DNA of 41,467 nucleotides. Source: Microcystaceae cyanobacterium (GTDB taxonomy: Bacteria > Cyanobacteriota > Cyanobacteriia > Cyanobacteriales > Microcystaceae). The stretch's first letter is position 1. Every line of letters begins with the position of its first letter. The position numbers were made by a program, and so were the translations under genes. Shown here in pieces: positions 36,201 through 41,467 of the stretch. The stretch spans positions 1-41,467 of the forward strand of contig JBGTGT010000035.1 in assembly GCA_041746575.1 (NCBI GenBank), read 5' to 3'. The notes below the pieces were generated by a model. It saw only the letters and a list, made by a program, of their open reading frames with translations. It did no database searches and was not told the DNA's origin.

Positions 36201-37445
36201 TGCTTTGTTATAGCCAATAATGCTACACAGTCGTTGATTGACTTCAATGAGTTGACCATGTGCTTGAATTAAGGCAAGTCCCACTGCCGCTTGCTGAAAA
36301 ACGGCTTGTAATTGCTCTTTATGCGCTTTTAGGTCAAAGGCGGTACGCTGTCGCTCGGTTATGTCTCGAATTGACACAATATGAACAGGTTGGCCTTCCC
36401 ATTCCGTTTCGGCGACACTCATTTCCCCGATGCCAATTTCCGATTCTCTGTGAATAATTTCAATTTCAGCCGTTTGATTGATGACAATGGGCAGTCCGAA
36501 ATGATAATTAATGAGATCTTCTAACGGTTGATTGAGTAAATAAGCGGCACTGGGATTAGCAAAGCGCACAATCCCTTGATGATCCACGATTAATAAGCCA
36601 TCTGTGGTGGTGTTAACGATGGTTTGCAGTTGAACGGTACTTTGACGGAGCGATCGCTCAATTTGCTTAGGCTGGGTAATATCAATCATCACGCCATAAA
36701 CTCTCGAAAAGTTAGGATTAACTGCTTTTTGAACTGTCCAATTAAAAATAACTTCAATGAGCAACTGATTACGACTTATAACTTGATAGGAAAACGGTTG
36801 TGTTTCTTTGTCTTGAAAAATTAGAGGTAAATCCACTTTTTCAAAATAAAACCGTGATTTGGGGCTAAGAAATGCGCTTAGTCGCTGTCCGATCACCTCT
36901 TCTCTTTGATAGCCTAATGTCGTTAACCAATAATCACTGACTGCTTGAATCTTGCCCTGCAGATCGAGGCAATGGGACATAATGGGGGTATAGTGATAAA
37001 AATGGGCGTAAATTTCGGCATTATTTCTCAATTCTGTACCCATATCTTGAGCGTTAAGGAGAAGTTGACTTTTGATGCGCTGTCTAACTTCATGGGGATG
37101 TAAGGGGACGGTTAAATAGCCGGTACAGCCGACGGCGAAAGCTTGGTCTTTATTCCAGCGATTTAAGTCCGAATTAATGAAAATAACAGGTATATGAGCA
37201 ACTTTAGGATTTTTTTTGATACTTTGACAAAGTTCATAGGCATTCCCTTGAGATAACTGAAGATTGATCACAATGAGATTAGGCGGATTCGCCTCAAGAT
37301 ATTCTACAAGTGAAGGATGAGGGGGGATCTGTTGTAATACATAGGCTTCCTTGGATAAAATCGCTGCAAATTGCTCCCGAAAATCGGGCTTATCGTCAAT
37401 AATTAAGATTGATCCTGTATTTATAGGGGGTAGTCTCTGTGTCAT
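33261..37445 (-). CDS. Hybrid sensor histidine kinase: pseudo-REC, 3 PAS, 2 GAF (second is cyanobacteriochrome-type), HisKA, HATPase, REC
   Basis: PAS/PAC ends DIT, MSHELRTPLN, NLLSNAIKFT, DTGPGI, GTGLGL, LIWMDISMP. GAF2 has NISECH...DPYL...DIYEMGFSPCY..LEQY..RAY. Confidence 0.92.
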   Translation of the reverse strand: MTQRLPPINTGSILIIDDKPDFREQFAAILSKEAYVLQQIPPHPSLVEYLEANPPNLIVINLQLSQGNAYELCQSIKKNPKVAHIPVIFINSDLNRWNKDQAFAVGCTGYLTVPLHPHEVRQRIKSQLLLNAQDMGTELRNNAEIYAHFYHYTPIMSHCLDLQGKIQAVSDYWLTTLGYQREEVIGQRLSAFLSPKSRFYFEKVDLPLIFQDKETQPFSYQVISRNQLLIEVIFNWTVQKAVNPNFSRVYGVMIDITQPKQIERSLRQSTVQLQTIVNTTTDGLLIVDHQGIVRFANPSAAYLLNQPLEDLINYHFGLPIVINQTAEIEIIHRESEIGIGEMSVAETEWEGQPVHIVSIRDITERQRTAFDLKAHKEQLQAVFQQAAVGLALIQAHGQLIEVNQRLCSIIGYNKAELLSQNIWEMTYPEDRRKEEEKLSDLFTGKIKTFSQEKRLIKPDGSIRWVNMAVSLASDLRNNPYFIGVIEDIHEQKQIEENLQKYLIRQNQTAKIIDNIRRTLDLSYIFKITTQELRQLLHCNCVVIYRFNPEGRGLSIAESKDEEGSVGLNKAIDPIYDVHSLEFLGDLCRDHQTYSVADIYTSPRQPRYLSRLEQFPARAYLMTPVFVGETQWGLLSAYEIRGVRQWEEEELQIISQIATQLGIAIQQGELLEKIKETSQALLKTSASVEAEIRRQLKQQSKTAKAVDTVVDKIREVLDVRTIFDTATREARNLLNVDRVVVYQFNSDWTGQFLAESRKKELNSLVKAQKNYPSFSNNISECHLKKLNIQVGSSQHLSQQNFDDPYLNTKKGQKIRQKAYFMAHDIYEMGFSPCYLQVLEQYCVRAYLISPVIQGGELWGLLAAYEIEQPRQWEQWEIDAIVRLGDQLGIALQQAEYVLQIQQKSQELIAAIQAESQMRQAKEAADSANQAKSEFLAKMSHELRTPLNAILGFAQILMNNEDLTETQQDYLQIINNSGEHLLGLINDILEMSKIEAGRVALKETAFDLYHLLYTLKEMFALKAASKGLDLIFNCPNGLPQCITTDESKLRQVLINLLSNAIKFTETGKITLTVALGDEISALNIRFLVFSVEDTGPGINPHEAEMLFDPFGQTEIGRQMQQGTGLGLPISQKFVQLMGGELLFTSPIDINLQQGVRFKFNIPVKLMTVCLECSPQPIKRVVGLASHQPTYRILVVEDNAENRRLLVEVLSRVDFTVKAVENGEEAVRTWQEWQPHLIWMDISMPVMDGYTATRQIRSYAQGKKTIIVALTASAFEEERNRILAAGCNEVIRKPLQIPLIYNTMAHYLGVKYIYRSDTLTNLHQEVLKPIISDLTAADFQQMPRSWLRKLHRAACELDEDAILQLIEAIPPQEIHLINGLRSLSQKLRFDQLIELIK

Positions 37446-37649
37446 CTGACTTAATCGCCTTGCTCAAAGAAGGTTCTCTGTCTGTAGATTTCCCACTTTT
37501 TAAGCTTAACTTAACGATCCCCTTCCTGATAAGTCTATTAAGTTAAGATTAAGATAAGAGAGGAGAAGCAGAAGCATTAATAGAATACAGTCCTTCCCAT
37601 GGATATAATAATAAAAATACCCTTTCCAGCGACCCAAAATATAGATAGA

Positions 37650-37967
37650 ATGAGTGATTCCCAACCGACAAAAATACCTCAGTCTGAGCCAAAACGGAAA
37701 GTAACTCCTCTCAATTGCCTATTTGGTGCCACAATCTCTGCGTCATTTGCATTCGCTTTATACAATCTGACTTCAGCGATCGCTCACAGTTTTGCGACGA
37801 ACCCTATCGTTTCTCAAAAACCAATTGTTTTACGCATTTCTTCCCTTGTTCGTAGTTTAGTAATCGGAATTTCTTCATTGGGTACGTTTATCTTTGTGTT
37901 TGTTGCTTTTGGTTTAATATTATTAGCCATTCAATTACTGATACAGAAAAAACCGTCAGAGGGATGA
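37650..37967 (+). CDS. DUF3082 family membrane protein
   Basis: TPLNCLFGA.IS...A..LY.LT.AI..SF...P......ISS.VR.LV.G...L.TF.F....GL.LL motif. Likely start MSDSQ. Confidence 0.8.
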   Translation: MSDSQPTKIPQSEPKRKVTPLNCLFGATISASFAFALYNLTSAIAHSFATNPIVSQKPIVLRISSLVRSLVIGISSLGTFIFVFVAFGLILLAIQLLIQKKPSEG

Positions 37968-38062
37968 GACGCAAAAAACGAGGTGATAAAGATTAAAATA
38001 AAGATAAGCGTCAATAAATAACCGATTTTTAATTCTTAATAACGATTGATTATTTTACTGAA

Positions 38063-39319
38063 ATGATGAAAGTCTCTCTAAAAACTGCCCTCAATAATCC
38101 TCATCTTGACGCCAAACAAAGCCAAAGCCAGCGTCAACTCTCTTTATCTATTGCCGCCGTAAGTGAAGCCAGCGATATCTCCTTACCGATTAATCTCTGC
38201 TTGGTGATTGATCGCAGTGGCTCCATGGCGGGTAAAGCCTTAGAAACGGTAAAATCAGCCGCTATTCAATTAGTCAGCAAGTTAAACTCGAAAGATCGTC
38301 TTTCGGTGGTTGTTTTTGACCATAATGTTGATGTAATTGTTCCCAATCAAGCGGTTAGCGATATTCAGTCTATCCAAAAGCGTATTGAAAAATTAATGGC
38401 GAGTGGGGGAACGTGTATTGATGAAGGGATTAAAGTCGGGATTCGAGAAATAGGAGCAGATAGAAAAGATCGGGTTTGTCAGATTTTTGTGTTAACCGAT
38501 GGCGAAAATGAGCACGGGGATAATAATCGTTGTCTAAAACTGGCAGAATTAGCATCAGAACACAATATTACCATTCATACCCTCGGATTTGGTACGTTTT
38601 GGAATCAAAATGTCTTAGAAGCGATCGCCGATAAAGCGGGGGGAACACTATCTTATATTGAATACCCCGAACAAGCGGTTAACATTTTTCAGCAACTCTT
38701 TAGGCGGATGCAATCTGTCGGGTTAACCAATGCTTATTTGCGCCTTGAATTGATGCCTCAGGTTAGTTTTGCTCAGTTTAAGCCCCTTGCTCAAGTTGAA
38801 CCAGAAACGATCGAATTAGAGACTAAGGTGGGAAGTTCCTACTATGAAGTCCGCTTAGGGGATTTGATGAGAGATCAAGCAAAGGTGATTCTGGCTAACT
38901 TATACATAGATTCTTTGCCATTAGGTCAGCAAACCATTGCTAAGGTGCAAATTCGCTATGATAATCTTGCGAGTGGTCAAATGGAATTGTTATCAGAGTC
39001 GGTGCCAATTTCAGTGAATGTACAGGACAATTATCAACCCCTTGCGGATGCCACAGTTGAACACGCTATCCTCAGGTTAGCTAAATATCGTCAAACCCAA
39101 ATTGCGGAAGAAAAATTGAGTCAAGGCGATCGCAAAGGGGCGGCAACTTTATTACAAACGGCGGCTAAAACGGCTTTACAATTAGGAGATAAAAGCGCGG
39201 CTACGGTGCTACAAGCCAGTGCTACCCAATTACAAGCTGGTCAAGATTTGAGCGAAGCACAACGCAAAAAGACACGAATGGTATCCAAAACAATTTTACA
39301 GAGCAATGATGATGATTAA
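38063..39319 (+). CDS. VWA domain protein (conserved cyanobacterial type)
   Basis: LVIDRSGSM.G (MIDAS), GGT, LTDGENEHG, TLGFG; C-terminal LAKYRQTQIAE...KTRMVSKT. Confidence 0.9.
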   Translation: MMKVSLKTALNNPHLDAKQSQSQRQLSLSIAAVSEASDISLPINLCLVIDRSGSMAGKALETVKSAAIQLVSKLNSKDRLSVVVFDHNVDVIVPNQAVSDIQSIQKRIEKLMASGGTCIDEGIKVGIREIGADRKDRVCQIFVLTDGENEHGDNNRCLKLAELASEHNITIHTLGFGTFWNQNVLEAIADKAGGTLSYIEYPEQAVNIFQQLFRRMQSVGLTNAYLRLELMPQVSFAQFKPLAQVEPETIELETKVGSSYYEVRLGDLMRDQAKVILANLYIDSLPLGQQTIAKVQIRYDNLASGQMELLSESVPISVNVQDNYQPLADATVEHAILRLAKYRQTQIAEEKLSQGDRKGAATLLQTAAKTALQLGDKSAATVLQASATQLQAGQDLSEAQRKKTRMVSKTILQSNDDD

Positions 39320-39471
39320 CCCAATCAGAATACTAGGGTGAGAAAATCAAAAAATAGTCTTTCTGGTTGATAGGTTAAATCTCTTAGAGTGGGTTGCCCA
39401 GAAGAGAAGGCGTGACAACTTACCGTAAAAAGTAACGTGAAAGCATACAAAATTAAGCGTCTGATGATCTA

Positions 39472-40257
39472 TTATTGGCGATCGCTGATTAATTGTCCAT
39501 TCTGAATCAGTTCGATGGTTTCACCTGGTTTTGGCACAATAATTTGGGTTGATAATTGATTTTCTTGAAGCATTCGACGAAAATTGTCCACTGTTCCATT
39601 TTCTCGCAATAATGCCGTTAACATGCCTTCGTATTCGGTATCTTCTGCCCTCGCCGTCGGAAGAATCATCTGCGGTTTTAACCACTGACACAGTTCTAAG
39701 GTCGTTTGTTGCCCTTTAAGAAGCGGCACAAGATTCAAGAGGGATTGGCCAAGAATGGGAGTTAAAACCACGTCAATGGGGGCAATTTTTTTGAGTTCGG
39801 GGGAATGGTTGCCATGGGGTTCATAATAAAAGGTGCGTTGGTTGGTTAAATCTTTGATCACATAAGCATTTTCTACTAGAGTTGCCCCGACTAAAGACCC
39901 CGGAAAGGCCGTGATTTCAATCTTTTCGTTGAAGCGGTAGGTATCTCCGTGATTGAGTGAGGTGACTTGTTGATAACCTAAATTCTGCACGACTTTCGCT
40001 CCATTTGGAGAAGCAATGACGGGAAGGGTGTGATCTAATTGTTTGAGGGTTGGGGGATGGGCGTGATCTTCTAAGCCTTGAGAGAGCAAAATAAGATCAA
40101 TGGAGTCGGGAATTGGATATTTTTGTTGTTTAATGCCGTGAAATAACCATTCTTGTCCACTAAATATTAAATCTCCTGTTAACCAAGGATCTAAAAGGAC
40201 GGTTTGTCCGGCTATCTCAAACAACCACGAATTATTATCGAGCCATGTGACTTTCAT
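39472..40257 (-). CDS. MBL-fold metallo-hydrolase (beta-lactamase superfamily)
   Basis: WLDNNSWL....LLDPWL, LLSQGLEDHAH, ENAY, YYEPHG. Start MKVTW. Confidence 0.88.
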   Translation of the reverse strand: MKVTWLDNNSWLFEIAGQTVLLDPWLTGDLIFSGQEWLFHGIKQQKYPIPDSIDLILLSQGLEDHAHPPTLKQLDHTLPVIASPNGAKVVQNLGYQQVTSLNHGDTYRFNEKIEITAFPGSLVGATLVENAYVIKDLTNQRTFYYEPHGNHSPELKKIAPIDVVLTPILGQSLLNLVPLLKGQQTTLELCQWLKPQMILPTARAEDTEYEGMLTALLRENGTVDNFRRMLQENQLSTQIIVPKPGETIELIQNGQLISDRQ

Positions 40258-40509
40258 ATTTGAATGTCGGTGATAAATTGACACTTTTATTTTATTGTAA
40301 CGGTTTTGTTACATTGTGCGGCGAGGTTGACTTCTGCTTTATTTGGGGCGATACGAATCTTTTAAGGATTGAGTTTAAAAAGATAATCAGGCGCATGATA
40401 CGCACATTTTTGCCCGCTTTTGGGGATGGAATATTTTTCTACAGTATGATCGCTCCTTAAAATAGAGTGCATCACCTCAAAAATGACACACCCTACCGAC
40501 TAAAACTCC

Positions 40510-41355
40510 TTACGCCGCATCATCATCGTGAGCAAAGCGATTATAGAGGAAATCTAAGGCATAGTTGCGTAAATCGTAGTATTTTGGGTCTTCCATAATG
40601 CGATCGCGATCGCGAGGACGAGGAAAAGGAATATTCATAATTTCCCCAATATTAGCATGGGGTCCATTGGTCATCATAACCAGACGATCCGCAAGGAATA
40701 ACGCTTCATCAATATCATGCGTAATCATTAAGACGGTACAACGGTGATCATTCCAGATTTTCAGCAATTCTTCCTGTAATTCCTCTTTGGTAATCGCATC
40801 TAACGCGCCAAAGGGTTCATCTAAGATCAGTACCGCCGGGCGAATCGCCAAAGCGCGGGCAATTGATACCCTCTGCTTCATTCCCCCAGAGATTTGCATC
40901 GGTTTTTTCTCGGTTGCTTCCGTTAATCCCACTAAGGCTAGATGTTCGTGGACAATTGAGCGTTTCTCTCGTTCTGGCAGGTTGGGAGAAACGGCATCTA
41001 CGGCTAAATAGACATTTTCAAACACTGTCAGCCAAGGTAAGAGGGCATAATTTTGAAATACTACCATGCGATCAGGTCCAGGTTCTGTGATGGGGTTGCC
41101 ACGTAGCAAAACTAAGCCATCGGTCGGCTGAGCGAAACCCGATACCATATTCAATAGCGTAGACTTACCACAGCCTGAGTGACCAATGAGGCAGATAAAT
41201 TCCCCTTTCCTGACGGTTAGATTGATATTGTCTAAAACGGTATAGGGGCCTTTGGCCGTGGGATAAACTTTAGAGACATTTTCTAAAGTTAGAAAGGTTC
41301 TGTCCGTCTCAGGGTGAGACTTATGGGAAACAAGTTGAGTCGTCGTCGTTTGCAT
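40510..41355 (-). CDS. nrtD: Nitrate ABC transporter ATP-binding protein (NrtD/CmpD family)
   Basis: GHSGCGKST, PGPDRMVVFQNY, ISGGMKQR, DEPFGALD, MMTNGP, YYDLRNYALDFLYNRFAHDD. Start MQTTT. Confidence 0.85.
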   Translation of the reverse strand: MQTTTTQLVSHKSHPETDRTFLTLENVSKVYPTAKGPYTVLDNINLTVRKGEFICLIGHSGCGKSTLLNMVSGFAQPTDGLVLLRGNPITEPGPDRMVVFQNYALLPWLTVFENVYLAVDAVSPNLPEREKRSIVHEHLALVGLTEATEKKPMQISGGMKQRVSIARALAIRPAVLILDEPFGALDAITKEELQEELLKIWNDHRCTVLMITHDIDEALFLADRLVMMTNGPHANIGEIMNIPFPRPRDRDRIMEDPKYYDLRNYALDFLYNRFAHDDDAA

Positions 41356-41414
41356 AAGTGTTGTTATTGGGTGAGATAAAAGGATTGGGAACAAGGGAAA
41401 AGGAAAAATTTTCA

Positions 41415-41442
41415 GTAGAGACGTTGTATGCAACGTCTCTAC
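41415..41442. repeat. GTAG-type REP-like palindrome
   Basis: GTAGAGACGTTG-tatg-CAACGTCTCTAC, a perfect 12-bp stem. Confidence 0.8.
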
Positions 41443-41467
41443 GTTATTGGGTGCAAGAAATCTACTT

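Larger units (their letters stand above)
6356..40613. repeat. Dispersed HIP1 octamers (GCGATCGC)
   Basis: Seen at 6356, 7229, 17322, 17559, 20834, 25919, 26598, 26883, 29628, 31109, 31331, 32649, 33308, 36650, 37776, 38621, 39126, 39478, 40600 and 40606 (manual count). Confidence 0.85.

Noticed and set aside
40296..40313. TGTAAC-N6-GTTACA palindrome as an NtcA site near nrtD / the MBL gene
   Set aside because: GTA-TAC spacing is 10 nt, not the canonical 8. It may bind another factor but is not supported as NtcA.
40260..40471. Short ORFs between the MBL gene and nrtD (66 aa on +, ~36 aa on -)
   Set aside because: No recognisable motif, poor start context, and the + ORF overlaps the likely promoter of the MBL gene.
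1..41467. tRNA, rRNA, transposase, integrase, riboswitch or defence genes
   Set aside because: None recognised by eye; a covariance-model or HMM scan would be needed to exclude small RNAs.

Overview
Cyanobacterial chromosomal DNA (about 20 HIP1 GCGATCGC octamers by eye, ycf66, DUF3082, nrtD, cyanoexosortase). Left two-thirds (~1-28.6 kb): a Wzx/Wzy-type exopolysaccharide locus that is probably for a sulfated glycan. It has a Calx-beta repeat protein (5' truncated), a WecB/TagA GT, four sulfotransferases (one with an apparent C-terminal frameshift), two GT2s, a GT4, a Gfo/Idh/MocA+SDR pair in both fused and split form, Wzx, a GH9 glycanase, a Wzy/O-antigen-ligase-like protein and a Wzc lacking its Tyr tail. 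It also has a miniature PEP-CTERM protein with cyanoexosortase A, a CDP-6-deoxyhexose operon (rfbF, rfbG, epimerase, reductase; no rfbH/rfbI) and a terminal GT. Right third: ABC-F ATPase, ycf66, a REC-GGDEF-EAL protein downstream of a hybrid kinase with an insert-Cys-type cyanobacteriochrome GAF, DUF3082, a VWA protein, an MBL-fold hydrolase, nrtD and a GTAG-type REP palindrome. Best candidate for an undescribed system: the sulfated-EPS / protein-sorting locus, possibly linked to the adjacent light-to-c-di-GMP module. All family calls come from motif recognition by eye; no searches were run.
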